Assembly (NCBI GenBank): GCA_036504735.1
Contig: DASXUQ010000005.1
Location: forward strand, 153,377 to 217,376
DNA from: a bacterium
GTDB lineage: Bacteria > Electryoneota > RPQS01
Direction of reading: 5' to 3'
DNA length: 64,000 nucleotides
The notes under the pieces are model-generated. The model did no database searches, was not told the DNA's origin, and was given only the letters and a program-made list of their open reading frames with translations. Numbering within the stretch: the stretch's first letter is position 1; each line of letters opens with the position of its first letter. Shown one piece after another: positions 1-10,769 of this stretch. The position numbers and the translations under genes are program-made.

Positions 1-766
<766 letters not shown>

Positions 767-771
767 GGGTC

Positions 772-990
772 CTACTTAAAAATGCTTTGCATGTCGAACA
801 GATGGTACTCGGCAAGGCAATACTTGCAGCCGTTGTACTGCGGGCGATGATTGGTGTCAATCATGCGCTTGACCTGTTCGAGCGTATGAATCTTGCGCTT
901 CTTGTCTTCGGGAATGCTTTTCACCTGGCATTCGTACTTGACGAAGGACATATCGTGGATAATGTGGTGTTCTTCATCAACAAGGAACAT
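772..990 (-). CDS. Small hypothetical protein (72 aa, Lys-rich, 3 Cys incl. GCKYC), translationally coupled to selB
   Basis: [28 protein letters not shown]...[20 protein letters not shown]. Its stop TAG at 772..774 lies 5 nt upstream of the selB ATG. Local GC is lower than the flanks. No family recognised. Confidence 0.4.
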   Translation of the reverse strand: MFLVDEEHHIIHDMSFVKYECQVKSIPEDKKRKIHTLEQVKRMIDTNHRPQYNGCKYCLAEYHLFDMQSIFK

Positions 991-1015
991 GGCTCACCTC
1001 GTGCGAAACGGTTGT

Positions 1016-1738
1016 CTATCTCGGGTGGTTATCCGCGGCGGGTTGGAGAAGCCGCTCAATTTCATCAGGGTTCAATTCGCGCCATTGGCCGGGCCGGAGC
1101 GATCCAAGGGAGAGTCCGCCGATCTGTACGCGTTCGAGGCTGAAGACACGCAGACCCAGCGCGGCAATCATGCGGCGGACCTGCCGCTTGCGCCCCTCAC
1201 CGAGGGTAATCTGAAGACAGCGACGGCCCAATTGCAAGGCATCGATGGCATAGGCCATACCGTCTTCGAGCATCACGCCTTCTTTCAGAAGGCGAACGGA
1301 CTCGGGCGGCACGGTTGCGGTGGTTTCAACCACATACGTCTTATGCGCGCCGTAGCGGGGATGCGTAAGGCGCAGAGCCAGATCGCCGTCGTCGGTCATG
1401 AGGAGGAGACCGGAGCTGTCACGGTCGAGCCGTCCAACGGGAAAGTAGCGGCGGTCGGAAGGAACGAGGTCGAGGACGATCTCCCCCTCTTCCCTGCTCT
1501 TGCGGCTTGTGGACAGGTAGCCCACAGGTTTGTTCAACATCAGAACCTTCGGCGCAAGATGATTCGGAAGCGTCCGGCCATCGAAGAGGATGGTATCGGC
1601 ATCCGGGTCCGCCTTCGCACCGAGTTCCGTAACCTTAACGCCGTTGACCGATACACGGCCTTTCAGGATCAACGTCTCAGCTTCACGGCGAGACGCAATG
1701 CCACGGGACGCGAGAATCTTCTGCAGGCGCTCCATCAT
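1016..1738 (-). CDS. Pseudouridine synthase, RsuA/RluB family (S4 domain + catalytic domain)
   Basis: N-terminal S4-like region (ILASRGIASRREAETLILKGRVSVNG) and the RLDRDSSGLLL catalytic Asp motif. Confidence 0.85.
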   Translation of the reverse strand: MMERLQKILASRGIASRREAETLILKGRVSVNGVKVTELGAKADPDADTILFDGRTLPNHLAPKVLMLNKPVGYLSTSRKSREEGEIVLDLVPSDRRYFPVGRLDRDSSGLLLMTDDGDLALRLTHPRYGAHKTYVVETTATVPPESVRLLKEGVMLEDGMAYAIDALQLGRRCLQITLGEGRKRQVRRMIAALGLRVFSLERVQIGGLSLGSLRPGQWRELNPDEIERLLQPAADNHPR

Positions 1739-1753
1739 ACCGTGATGACCGGC

Positions 1754-3172
1754 TCAGGTGACGGAGAGAACATTCATCTTCTTGGAATTCTGCTGCCACT
1801 GCTCAATGGGCACGATGGGCTTATCACGCAGCCGCAACTTGCGTTTGCTGAAGAAGGTCTCGACGCGGAACGTAATCTCTATGACCTCATTGTCCGTGAG
1901 ATTCAAAAAGGTATCGGTGCTCAGATCACCGTACTGAATGCGAATGAGACGCTTGCCGGAAAGCAGGTGGCCGAGAAGTGTGGCATCGAAACGCTGCTTG
2001 GGTCCATCGAGGATCAGTTCATTGTCCACATAAATGCGAAGCTGTTTGCCATCGAACTTCTCCAGATCTTCCGAAGGCAGCACCGCAATAAAAGCGTTGC
2101 CGGTGAGGCGCTCGTAGACTCCGGAGGCTTCGGCGTGCGGCTGCTCGGCGGTGAGACTGACGGTGACCGGCGCGGGAGTTTTGAATCCGGGTACTTCGGC
2201 GAATTCAATACGGTGCTGGCCGAAGCCGGGATTCAACGACGCCTTGCCGACACCACCCGGCTTGCCGTCCACGGTAAAGCCGGCAGCAAGGGGACCGGTG
2301 GAAATCGTCAGGGCAGGTTGAGGCAGCGTGGGATCCGGGGACAGTTCAAAAGCGGCAAGTTCACGCTGAAAATCCGTGGTCAGAGTAACGCTGATACTCT
2401 CGGGTCGCGCGACAAAGCCGTCCTGTTTGACACGGAACGAATAGACGCCGCGATCCAAACCACGGAACGTGTAAGGCGTCACGTGGGAGGAAGGCTGGCC
2501 GTTGACGAGAATCTGCGCGCCATCCGGATTGGACGAAACAGTAATTTGAGTGCTGGAAAGCGGCGCGGCGGGGAGATCCGAAGAGCTTGAGGTCAGCGGA
2601 GCAACTCCCGAACTCTCGGTGCGGAATGCGGCCGGATTCGGATCCGTACGATCATCGGGCTCCGAGTTGTGCTGCGTAACATCCAACACCCGGCGCTGGT
2701 GGTAGGAACCGGGAGACACGGAGCGGAACGGCACGCCGGTGCTGAAAATATCCTGACGAACAGGCCGCAGCGGAGCGACACTGTCCTGCGTGACGGCTTC
2801 CTGCGCAGGTTTGAGAGTGAACCTGACGCGGCTGGTCTCGTGGCGACTGACGTCGACCACGGCAAACTCAGGCTCGGAGACATAGCTGTCCTTGCGGACG
2901 GTAATGATCTGCTTACCGGCGGGGACTTCAATCGTTGTATCGCTGACGGTGCCTGTGAGAATTCCACCGACGAGAATCTCCGCGCCGGGAATGGACGTGC
3001 TGACACGCACCATCCCCTTCCCCACACCATAAAAATTGAGGAACCAATAGGCGGCAGCGGCAATGACGAGCAGAGGCAGGACGATACGCGCCAGGCCGAG
3101 GAGCAGAGTGACGGCGGATGCCGGGCCGCGGTGACTCGATCTCATACTGCGTCTATGTCGGCTCACGATCAT
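1754..3172 (-). CDS. PEGA-domain membrane protein (hypothetical)
   Basis: N-terminal TM helix, then PEGA-like repeats (PGAEILVGG..., [10 protein letters not shown]...). Overlaps the stomatin stop by 4 nt. An internal start is possible. Confidence 0.65.
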   Translation of the reverse strand: MIVSRHRRSMRSSHRGPASAVTLLLGLARIVLPLLVIAAAAYWFLNFYGVGKGMVRVSTSIPGAEILVGGILTGTVSDTTIEVPAGKQIITVRKDSYVSEPEFAVVDVSRHETSRVRFTLKPAQEAVTQDSVAPLRPVRQDIFSTGVPFRSVSPGSYHQRRVLDVTQHNSEPDDRTDPNPAAFRTESSGVAPLTSSSSDLPAAPLSSTQITVSSNPDGAQILVNGQPSSHVTPYTFRGLDRGVYSFRVKQDGFVARPESISVTLTTDFQRELAAFELSPDPTLPQPALTISTGPLAAGFTVDGKPGGVGKASLNPGFGQHRIEFAEVPGFKTPAPVTVSLTAEQPHAEASGVYERLTGNAFIAVLPSEDLEKFDGKQLRIYVDNELILDGPKQRFDATLLGHLLSGKRLIRIQYGDLSTDTFLNLTDNEVIEITFRVETFFSKRKLRLRDKPIVPIEQWQQNSKKMNVLSVT

Positions 3173-3939
3173 CCATTCCCCGTGTTTGGTTCAGTATACT
3201 TCTTCAGCAGCGGCGTTATGAGGTCGATCGGAACCGGGAAGATCGTGGTGGAGTTGTTCTCCGACGCCACTTCTACGAGGGTCTGAAGGAAGCGCAACTG
3301 CAGCGCGGACGGGTGCTTTTCGATCACAGCGGCTGCCGCCGTCAACTGATCTGCGGCCTGACGTTCGCCTTCGGCGGCGATGATCTTGGCACGGCGTTCA
3401 CGTTCCGCTTCAGCCTGACGAGCCATTGCACGCTTCATCTCCTGCGGAAGATCCACATGCTTGATTTCAACCAGTGACACCTTGACACCCCAAGGCTCGG
3501 TCTGCTGGTCAATGATCGTCTGAAGTTGATCGTTGATCTTATCGCGCTTGGCGAGAAGTTCATCCAACTCAACCTGGCCGAGCACGCTGCGGAGGGTGGT
3601 TTGCGAGAGCTGGCTGGTGGCAAAGAGGAAGTTTTCGACTTCGATAATGGCACGCTGGGGGTCGATAACGCGGAAGTAGACGACGGCATTCACCTGCATG
3701 GAGACGTTGTCATGGGTGATGATGTCCTGTGTGGGAACATCGAACACGACGGTACGCAGGCTTACCTTGACCATGCGGTCGACGATGGGGATCAGCAGAA
3801 TGAGGCCGGGGCCCTTCACGCCAACGCTGCGGCCGAGGCGGAAGATCACACCCCGTTCATATTCGTTCAGAATACGGATGGCCGAAGCAAGAATGAAGAT
3901 AGCGAAGACGAGAATAAACGCGTACAACGGTAAAAACAT
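3169..3939 (-). CDS. SPFH/band-7 (stomatin-like) membrane protein
   Basis: N-terminal TM helix, an SPFH core ([30 protein letters not shown]) and a coiled-coil Ala/Glu/Arg-rich region. Sits immediately downstream of nfeD as in the usual NfeD-stomatin pair. Confidence 0.85.
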   Translation of the reverse strand: MFLPLYAFILVFAIFILASAIRILNEYERGVIFRLGRSVGVKGPGLILLIPIVDRMVKVSLRTVVFDVPTQDIITHDNVSMQVNAVVYFRVIDPQRAIIEVENFLFATSQLSQTTLRSVLGQVELDELLAKRDKINDQLQTIIDQQTEPWGVKVSLVEIKHVDLPQEMKRAMARQAEAERERRAKIIAAEGERQAADQLTAAAAVIEKHPSALQLRFLQTLVEVASENNSTTIFPVPIDLITPLLKKYTEPNTGNG

Positions 3940-3981
3940 GATCGTTTCCCTCTCTGCGTTAATGGGCGTGATCGGGCCGGA

Positions 3982-5262
3982 TCACTGAACCGGTTCGACC
4001 TTCAGAGTCATTCCGCTGACAGCCGTGACGCGCACATGTGCTCCGGCCTGCAGGTCGGAGTTGCTTTCGGCGTCCCACCACTCTCCGTGCACCTGAACCT
4101 TGCCGCGAGGAGTCAGAGCCACCGTAACGGTGCCCACCTCGCCAATCATTCCTTCTTTTCCGGTCTTCACGCGGCTCTTCTGCGCCTTCAGGCCCATGCC
4201 CACAACGAAAATGAAGAAGGCGGCAGTGATGAGCGACGCCGGAATAATCAAGCCGATATCCACACGAATTCCTGTCCGGGCTGGGTCGAACAACATGAGC
4301 GAACCCAGAATCAGGGAGACCACTCCTCCGACGCTGAGCAGGCCGTGACTGACAATCTTGATTTCGAGCAGGAAGAGCAGCACACCCAGGAAGATGAGCA
4401 AGAGTCCCGCCCAGTTCACCGGCAGAAGTTGCAGGCTATAGAACGCGATAATCAAGGATAGCGCTCCCACCACGCCGGGGAGAATGGCCCCGGGATTATA
4501 CAACTCGAAGAACAGGCCGTAGATTCCCAGCAAGAGGAAAATGTAGACGATGTTCGGTTCGGAGAGCAGCGCGAGGATTTTCAAGCGCATGGTCAGCGGC
4601 GCTTCACGGACTTGCGCGCCTGCGGTGTGAAGCGTGACCGCGCCCGACTCGAGTTCCACGGTGCGTCCGTCCAACCGAAGCAGAAGGCTGTCGCGCGTGG
4701 TGACGAAATCGATCATGCCGAGTGCGAGAGCTTCCGAATCGGTAACGGAGACGCTCTGGCGCACAGCCTTCTCGGCCCATTCGGCATTGCGATGGCGCTG
4801 TGAGGCCAGCGAACGGGCGAACGCCGCGGCGTCGTTGACCACTTTTTCGGTCATGGTGCTGGACGTATCCGAACCGCCCATGCCGCCGATGCCGACGGGA
4901 TGCGCCGCGCCGATGTTGGTGCCGGGAGCCATAGCCGCGATGTTTGCCGCAAGGGTAACGAAGACGCCGGCGGAACCCGCGCGGGCTCCGGGAGGCGCAA
5001 CGAAGACGACGATGGGCACCTTGGACGCGAGCATATCCTTGGCAATCAGGCGAGTCGTGGAGAGCAGACCGCCGGGAGTATCCAACTGAATGATCAGCGC
5101 CTGTGCGTGATCCTTCTCCGCATCAGCGATGCCTTGATGGATCATTTGATAGGACACGGGACCGATGGCGCCGTCAATGGTTACCCAGTCCACCTGCGTT
5201 GCAACGGCAGCGCCGGCGGAGAGCAGCAACAGGAAAAAGCACGTCCGCAATGTGTTGAACAT
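3982..5262 (-). CDS. NfeD-family membrane-bound serine protease (ClpP-class), stomatin operon partner
   Basis: Signal/TM region, a ClpP-like domain (QLDTPGGLLSTTRLIAKDM...VVFVAPPGARAGSAGVF), multiple TM helices and a C-terminal OB-fold region. Confidence 0.85.
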   Translation of the reverse strand: MFNTLRTCFFLLLLSAGAAVATQVDWVTIDGAIGPVSYQMIHQGIADAEKDHAQALIIQLDTPGGLLSTTRLIAKDMLASKVPIVVFVAPPGARAGSAGVFVTLAANIAAMAPGTNIGAAHPVGIGGMGGSDTSSTMTEKVVNDAAAFARSLASQRHRNAEWAEKAVRQSVSVTDSEALALGMIDFVTTRDSLLLRLDGRTVELESGAVTLHTAGAQVREAPLTMRLKILALLSEPNIVYIFLLLGIYGLFFELYNPGAILPGVVGALSLIIAFYSLQLLPVNWAGLLLIFLGVLLFLLEIKIVSHGLLSVGGVVSLILGSLMLFDPARTGIRVDIGLIIPASLITAAFFIFVVGMGLKAQKSRVKTGKEGMIGEVGTVTVALTPRGKVQVHGEWWDAESNSDLQAGAHVRVTAVSGMTLKVEPVQ

Positions 5263-5265
5263 CTC

Positions 5266-6657
5266 TTACCTTCCGCGCAAAGCTTCGGTAATCATTGTCA
5301 CAAGCATGGCCTCATCGGACGGGGAGATGGTGCGCATATTCAGCCAGAGGAGGTCCTGACGAACGGTGGCCACTACAGGCACGGATGCGAGGCGCAACAT
5401 CTTTGCCCAGGCGGCGGCGGTCATCCCTTCGGGCAGCATGGCAATACCGACACTGGGCAACGAGACGGCGGGCAGGGTGCCCGAACCGGCTTCGGAGGCG
5501 GTGTCGCGAACTTCGAGCACTTTCCAGGCGGCGAGCGATTGAAGCTGAGGGAGCACGTGTTGTGCACGCTCGCGCAGTTGTTCGGGGGTCGCCGAGAGCA
5601 TCGCCCAGAAGGGAATGCGGGACGGCACCGTCGCGCGGTTCAGATAGGCGCGCAAGGTAGAGTTCAGCGCGGACAGCGTCATCTTTTCGGCGCGCACGAC
5701 TCGGGCAAGGGGGCTCTTCTTGACGCGGCGCACGAGGTCGCGCTTACCCAGAATAATACCGGACTGCGGACCGCCGAGAGCTTTGTCGCCGGAGACCAAC
5801 GCGAGGTCCGATCCCGCTTTGAGACTCGCCGCGACATTGGGCTCGGGTGGAAGTCCCATGGAGGTCCAATCCCAAAGAAGGCCGTTACCGATGTCATCGA
5901 CGACGGGAACGCCCTGCTCTTTGCCGAGGGCGCAGAGATCCTCGATGGCCACGGATTCGGTGAAGCCCATGATGCGGTAGTTGCTGGGATGCGCGCTGAG
6001 GAGGAGCGCGGTCCTGGCTGTGATGGCATCGCGGTAATCTTCCACACGGGTGCGATTGGTGGCACCGACTTCGACAAGACGCACACCGGAGCGCACCATG
6101 ATGTCGGGCAGGCGAAAGCTGCCGCCGATTTCAATGAGCTGACCGCGGGAGACGATGACCTCGCGGTGATAGCCAAGAGCATTCAGGACAAGATACAGCG
6201 CAGCCGCATTGTTGTTGACCACCAGCGCGGCTTCGGCGCCCGTGATCGTGCAAAGCAATTCTTCGACATGCTCCTGACGGTCACCGCGTTCACCCGAGGG
6301 GAGATCGAACTCCAGATCACAGTACCCAGCGGATTTCCGTACCGCGTCGATGGCCCACTCGCCCATGGGAGCGCGGCCAAGGCCGGTGTGAAGAATGACT
6401 CCGGTGGCGTTGATGACGCGGCGCGGAGACGGCTGCTCCAGTTCGCGCACTTTGGCAAGCACGGAGCTTGCGAGGGAGTCCGGTGTTGGCGCGGGGCCAC
6501 TTCCGGTGATGCGGCGACGGGCCTCACTGAGCACGCCGCGCACGACACCGGTCAGCAAAACGGGTGACACGGTGTCGGCAAGACCGCTCAGCGCAGGGTG
6601 TGCGAGCAGGGTATCGACGCCGGGCAATTGCCGCCTGGGGTCATCCGTTTGCGCCAC
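5266..6657 (-). CDS. selA: L-seryl-tRNA(Sec) selenium transferase SelA
   Basis: RRVINATGVILHTGLGRAP signature, a PLP fold-type I core and about 460 aa length. Confidence 0.9.
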   Translation of the reverse strand: MAQTDDPRRQLPGVDTLLAHPALSGLADTVSPVLLTGVVRGVLSEARRRITGSGPAPTPDSLASSVLAKVRELEQPSPRRVINATGVILHTGLGRAPMGEWAIDAVRKSAGYCDLEFDLPSGERGDRQEHVEELLCTITGAEAALVVNNNAAALYLVLNALGYHREVIVSRGQLIEIGGSFRLPDIMVRSGVRLVEVGATNRTRVEDYRDAITARTALLLSAHPSNYRIMGFTESVAIEDLCALGKEQGVPVVDDIGNGLLWDWTSMGLPPEPNVAASLKAGSDLALVSGDKALGGPQSGIILGKRDLVRRVKKSPLARVVRAEKMTLSALNSTLRAYLNRATVPSRIPFWAMLSATPEQLRERAQHVLPQLQSLAAWKVLEVRDTASEAGSGTLPAVSLPSVGIAMLPEGMTAAAWAKMLRLASVPVVATVRQDLLWLNMRTISPSDEAMLVTMITEALRGR

Positions 6658-6659
6658 GT

Positions 6660-8177
6660 TTAGAGTGTGGTCTCGAGAGTAAGCCGGAAGCCTTTGAAGG
6701 CCTGGACCTGACGGCAGACGCCGTTGGAACAGCGCAGGCCGCCGCGATCACGACCGTAGAAGAAACTCATGCGGTTCTTGCCGCCGCTGAGCACAAAGGC
6801 GGCTTCGACGGAAGGCCAGTTGCTGCCTTCGCGCTTCTTGAGTTCCTTGTCGTTGCTGAACTGGTCTTCTACCGTGAGCGATATACCTTTGCCGTTATTC
6901 CAGGAAACGGAAAATAACTGGTCGGTGTTCTTGGTGCCGGTGTGAACCTGATCGTTGATCAGCAGGGTCTGGCTTTCGAACTCAAGCTGCTGCGTGGTCT
7001 TGAACGGCGTGGTGTAGGTGAGCCATACCCACTGGCGTTTTTCCCACACGGTAGACGCTTCTTCATTGGCACCGAGTTCCGCGGTTACCTTGCGGTTGCC
7101 GGGGAGATCCTGATCTACGTTGGCGAAGGCTTCCCAATAGGGAGCGTCGACCTGATGCAGCGTCGGCAGGGGAATGCCCTTCTGATCTGCCGCATGGCGG
7201 CTGGCGAGATTGTAATGCAGCGTGGCGTAGGTGCCTTCGACGATGTTGCCGGAGAGTTCCGTCTGGAAACCGACTTCATTGGGAATGTTCAGCACGTGCG
7301 GATCACGCGCTTGCAGCAAACGAGGGCCAAGATCGCGGTAGACTACGGCGGGATTCTGGAAGGGAGTCACCGCTTTGTAGTCGTAATCTTTGTACTCCAG
7401 CAACCAGGAGTAACCCCACTTGCTGAGAATACCGCCTGCGTACGTGGCATGGCCGCTGTTGCGCGAGCTGACTGTCGGCAGAGTGCGATTCCAGGCGCGT
7501 TCACCATAGAGGGTGACCGGGCCGCCGGTGAGACGCCAGTCCACGGAGGCGACGTGGGTCTCGGGATAGGCGCCGCTGTCGACGCGCACGTAATTGAAGG
7601 CGACGCTCTCGCCGCCGAAACGGGGATTGAAACGGGCGGCGGTGACGTCGGCCTGCTGCACGAGACGGCCCGGCTGGGTCGTACCACGCAACACGGTGAC
7701 GAAGAAAGGCTCGGCGTCAAGTTCGACGCGGGCGCCGTCGAGTTCGGAATCGAAATAGATGTCACGGTTCTCGAAAGAACTGAAGGCAAGACCGCTGCCC
7801 CAGACATCGCTGAAGTTACCGGCGCGAATCTTGAACGGCGCGAGGGTGGCTTCGAGGTAGCGCTTGTCGATGCGGCTCTCGGCGAGCAGACCGTCTTTCA
7901 GAGCGTCTTCCGTGGAAGGACGGAAATAGAGAAAGCGAGCGCCGACGCGGAGATTACCGCGATAGACATCGAGACGCATGCGATCTTCAAAGAAATGGCG
8001 AGCGACGGTGTTGTTTGGATAGTCGGCTTCCTGCAGGCGGATGTCCACCTCAGGACCTTCGTCGTAACGCAGCACATTGGAACCTTCCACGGTGACACCG
8101 GGGATGGGCTCTTCCGCATACACACCAACCGCAACCAGCAGCAACCCGAAGACCAAAGCCGTAAGGAGTTTACTCAC
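6660..8177 (-). CDS. Secreted/outer-membrane protein, hypothetical (signal peptide, beta-rich)
   Basis: Signal peptide MSKLLTALVFGLLLVAVGVYA. Aromatic/Gly-rich composition typical of beta-barrel OMPs. No motif recognised. Confidence 0.55.
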   Translation of the reverse strand: MSKLLTALVFGLLLVAVGVYAEEPIPGVTVEGSNVLRYDEGPEVDIRLQEADYPNNTVARHFFEDRMRLDVYRGNLRVGARFLYFRPSTEDALKDGLLAESRIDKRYLEATLAPFKIRAGNFSDVWGSGLAFSSFENRDIYFDSELDGARVELDAEPFFVTVLRGTTQPGRLVQQADVTAARFNPRFGGESVAFNYVRVDSGAYPETHVASVDWRLTGGPVTLYGERAWNRTLPTVSSRNSGHATYAGGILSKWGYSWLLEYKDYDYKAVTPFQNPAVVYRDLGPRLLQARDPHVLNIPNEVGFQTELSGNIVEGTYATLHYNLASRHAADQKGIPLPTLHQVDAPYWEAFANVDQDLPGNRKVTAELGANEEASTVWEKRQWVWLTYTTPFKTTQQLEFESQTLLINDQVHTGTKNTDQLFSVSWNNGKGISLTVEDQFSNDKELKKREGSNWPSVEAAFVLSGGKNRMSFFYGRDRGGLRCSNGVCRQVQAFKGFRLTLETTL

Positions 8178-8667
8178 CCTTTCCTCCGAGCAGCGTATCC
8201 AGTTGCCGGGTCAATTCGGCGGTGTTGCGCACTTCGCCGCGATATTTTTGAACGGCTTTGCCGTCCTTATCGAGCAGCACGGTGTAGGGAATCGAGGTTC
8301 CTCCGTAGCGCTTGAGCACTTCGCCGTCCGGATCCATCAGCACGCGGAACTTGTAGCCCTTGGATTCGACGTAGGGCTTCACTTTGGCCTGAGTCTTCTG
8401 ATTGTCTTCCGCGATGAGCAGGACGCGAACGCCCTTATCGGCGAAGGACTGGAACAGATCCTTGTTTTCGCCGAGTTCCTTCTTGCATGGAGCGCACCAC
8501 GTGGCCCAGAAGATGAGCATAGTGGGGGCGGTATTCGCGTCGGCGATTTTAAAGGATTCACCCTTGGTATCGATGAGAGACCAATCCTGGCTGCCGGCAA
8601 AAGCGGAAGCCGCAAACGAGAGCAGCAGAATCGCCGCTGACAAACTGAGGGAGTGTGCGAGTTTCAA
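8170..8667 (-). CDS. TlpA-like periplasmic thiol-disulfide oxidoreductase (thioredoxin fold)
   Basis: Signal peptide plus a WCAPC active site (IFWATWCAPCKKE). Confidence 0.8.
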   Translation of the reverse strand: MKLAHSLSLSAAILLLSFAASAFAGSQDWSLIDTKGESFKIADANTAPTMLIFWATWCAPCKKELGENKDLFQSFADKGVRVLLIAEDNQKTQAKVKPYVESKGYKFRVLMDPDGEVLKRYGGTSIPYTVLLDKDGKAVQKYRGEVRNTAELTRQLDTLLGGKGE

Positions 8668-8687
8668 TTCGAGTTCCTTTCCAAAAT

Positions 8688-10220
8688 TCAGCGGCTAACA
8701 GGATGATCGAAGGGCGCGGGTGTATGGCCCGGCCGGGGTTCAGCAACCAATAACGGACTACCGGCTGCATCATGCAGGCGCAGACGGTAAGTTGTCACTT
8801 CGCGCGGGTTGTCAGAAGGATGCACTGACAAATCGAATGTATAATCGCCATGGAAGCCGATTATCGAATCCACAGGGGTTCCGTCCACCCACGTTTTTAC
8901 CCAACGGCTGACAGTGACGGCGACGGCGGTGTCCACCTGGAGCGGCGAGTAACTTTCGGGTTGTAAATACACTCCAGTTCGGGTCTGATAACAGGTGTGC
9001 CATGTGCACAGACTGATGTATCGTCCAGTGTCAGCATCTACAAACGACAGCGGGGTAATCGTGTACAAGAATGTGCGCGACGCAGCGAGCAGATTGGTCA
9101 TGGTTGCGCCGCCGAAGCGGAAGTCTACAGTGTCCACGGCATAGGACTGGAGCGTGTCCCGAATGCCGAAAGAATAGGTTGGCGCATCGGCAAGGCGCAG
9201 CAGTTCATCCACAGATTGGTGAAGCACCGGTTCTGGAATGCTTCCTTGGATAAGATGGATGCGCCCCGTGGGATCGACGATATAGTTGGCCGGGCAATTG
9301 AAGACGTTGTATGCATTCTTCACCGTCATTCGGGGATCATGCACCAGGGGAAAGGTAATTCCAAAAGCATCGTGATCATCGCGGTACTGGACGAACCTGC
9401 TGTACGGGTCGGTGAAGTCAATGCCGAAGAACTGCAGTTTGCCGGCATAGCGCACATCGCGATACATGGACGCGATGTAGGGAAATTCCTCTGCGCACGC
9501 CGAACATTCATAGAAGAAGAACGACACGAGACAAACCTGTCCGCGAAAATCCTGCAAGCCGTATTGGGTGGTACCCCAGTCGCTGCGCAGTTTGAAGGAT
9601 GGCGCAAGATCGCCGACATTGGGGCCTTCGGCCACGGCCGTAAACACCGGGGAAAGAGTTACGGTGCTGCCGGAAGCGAGCTGCACGGTCCACCGTGACG
9701 GAAGTTCGGTTGCATAACCGGGTTTGTAGGCGGAGACCTCAAACGTGCCGATGCCGATATTCGGGAAGAGAGTTGGGTCTTCGAGCGAAACCGGGATGGT
9801 GTCCACAGGAATGTTGTTTACCAGCAGCACGGTTCCCGCAAGGAAGGCGGCATCGCCATCGAGGCGGATCGAGCCATCGGATGCGGGAACGGTTTGCAAG
9901 GCAAGGGTGTCGGTGGCGTTGAAGACCACATCCACGGAGAAGGTGGAATCCACATAGCCGGGGCGGAAGGCCGCGATATGATGCGTGCCTACCGAAAGTC
10001 CGGTGATCAGGGCGGGAGTCAGGCGTGTGGTCTGATTGCCATCCACGCGGATGCGCGCGCCGGTGAGCAGAGTGTCGCCGGAGTTCAGAGTCACATAGAG
10101 GGAGCCAGTGCGTTGCGGCTCGGTTTTCTGAATACTGCAGCCGGCGAGAACCAGTGTCAAGGCAGCAAGGAGAACCATCGTGACGCGCAACGCCAACAAA
10201 CCGATTGAGCTTCTAATCAT
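8688..10220 (-). CDS. Lipoprotein with Ig/PEGA-like N-terminal domains and a redoxin (AhpC/TSA-like) thioredoxin-fold domain
   Basis: Lipobox LVLAGC after an internal start (MIRSS... at 10220, or MVLLAAL at 10178). A CxxC site in VSFFFYECSACAEEFP. The annotated ORF extends further 5' but would then overlap the Nudix gene. Confidence 0.6.
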   Translation of the reverse strand: MIRSSIGLLALRVTMVLLAALTLVLAGCSIQKTEPQRTGSLYVTLNSGDTLLTGARIRVDGNQTTRLTPALITGLSVGTHHIAAFRPGYVDSTFSVDVVFNATDTLALQTVPASDGSIRLDGDAAFLAGTVLLVNNIPVDTIPVSLEDPTLFPNIGIGTFEVSAYKPGYATELPSRWTVQLASGSTVTLSPVFTAVAEGPNVGDLAPSFKLRSDWGTTQYGLQDFRGQVCLVSFFFYECSACAEEFPYIASMYRDVRYAGKLQFFGIDFTDPYSRFVQYRDDHDAFGITFPLVHDPRMTVKNAYNVFNCPANYIVDPTGRIHLIQGSIPEPVLHQSVDELLRLADAPTYSFGIRDTLQSYAVDTVDFRFGGATMTNLLAASRTFLYTITPLSFVDADTGRYISLCTWHTCYQTRTGVYLQPESYSPLQVDTAVAVTVSRWVKTWVDGTPVDSIIGFHGDYTFDLSVHPSDNPREVTTYRLRLHDAAGSPLLVAEPRPGHTPAPFDHPVSR

Positions 10221-10728
10221 GTGATGCCGGGAGTTTGTGACCCAAAGCCAATTCCAGAAACCGCCGATGAACGCCGAAAGCAAGCACCGGGGTTTGCGTG
10301 ATGTCAAAATACTGAGCGTCCGCCGCGTCTTCTCCCGCGCACAGCTCGCCTTCGAGAATTTCCGCCCTGTAACAGAGCACGATAATGTTGCCGTAGTATC
10401 CGGCGGTGATGGACCGCGCGGCGACCAGATCAAGGGTCTTGCAGAGCAGTCCGGTCTCTTCCTGAACTTCGCGGACGACGGCCTGCTCGGTGGTTTCTCC
10501 GGTTTCGATGAATCCGCCGGGGAGACACCAGAGGCCGATGCCGGGCTCGATATTACGTTTTACGAGCAGAACGCGGCCTTCCCGAAACAGAATGGCCGCG
10601 ACAGAGGGAACAGGATTCAGATAGACAACATGGCCGCAGTCCGGGCAAACGGGCCGCGAGCGTCCGTCACGTTGCTGCTGAACCAACGATCCACCGCAGC
10701 GGGAACAGAATCTGGGCTGCCAATCCAT
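10213..10728 (-). CDS. NUDIX hydrolase with N-terminal zinc-ribbon
   Basis: Start chosen at MDWQPRFCSRCGG. A zinc ribbon (CxxC...CPDC) followed by the Nudix box GGFIETGETTEQAVVREVQEETG. Confidence 0.7.
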   Translation of the reverse strand: MDWQPRFCSRCGGSLVQQQRDGRSRPVCPDCGHVVYLNPVPSVAAILFREGRVLLVKRNIEPGIGLWCLPGGFIETGETTEQAVVREVQEETGLLCKTLDLVAARSITAGYYGNIIVLCYRAEILEGELCAGEDAADAQYFDITQTPVLAFGVHRRFLELALGHKLPASHD

Positions 10729-10769
10729 GCGTACAAAACACGTCCTTTTCGACAGAAGAGGCGGGTGAG

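Noticed and set aside
893-8315. Other long antisense ORFs (893..2590 +, 4900..6567 +, 6942..8315 +, and similar ones opposite purL, uvrC, dinG, gcvP, ligase)
   Set aside because: Each is opposite a gene with clear family signatures. Translations are Arg/Gly/Ala-rich with no domains. This is a GC-skewed stop-codon depletion artefact.
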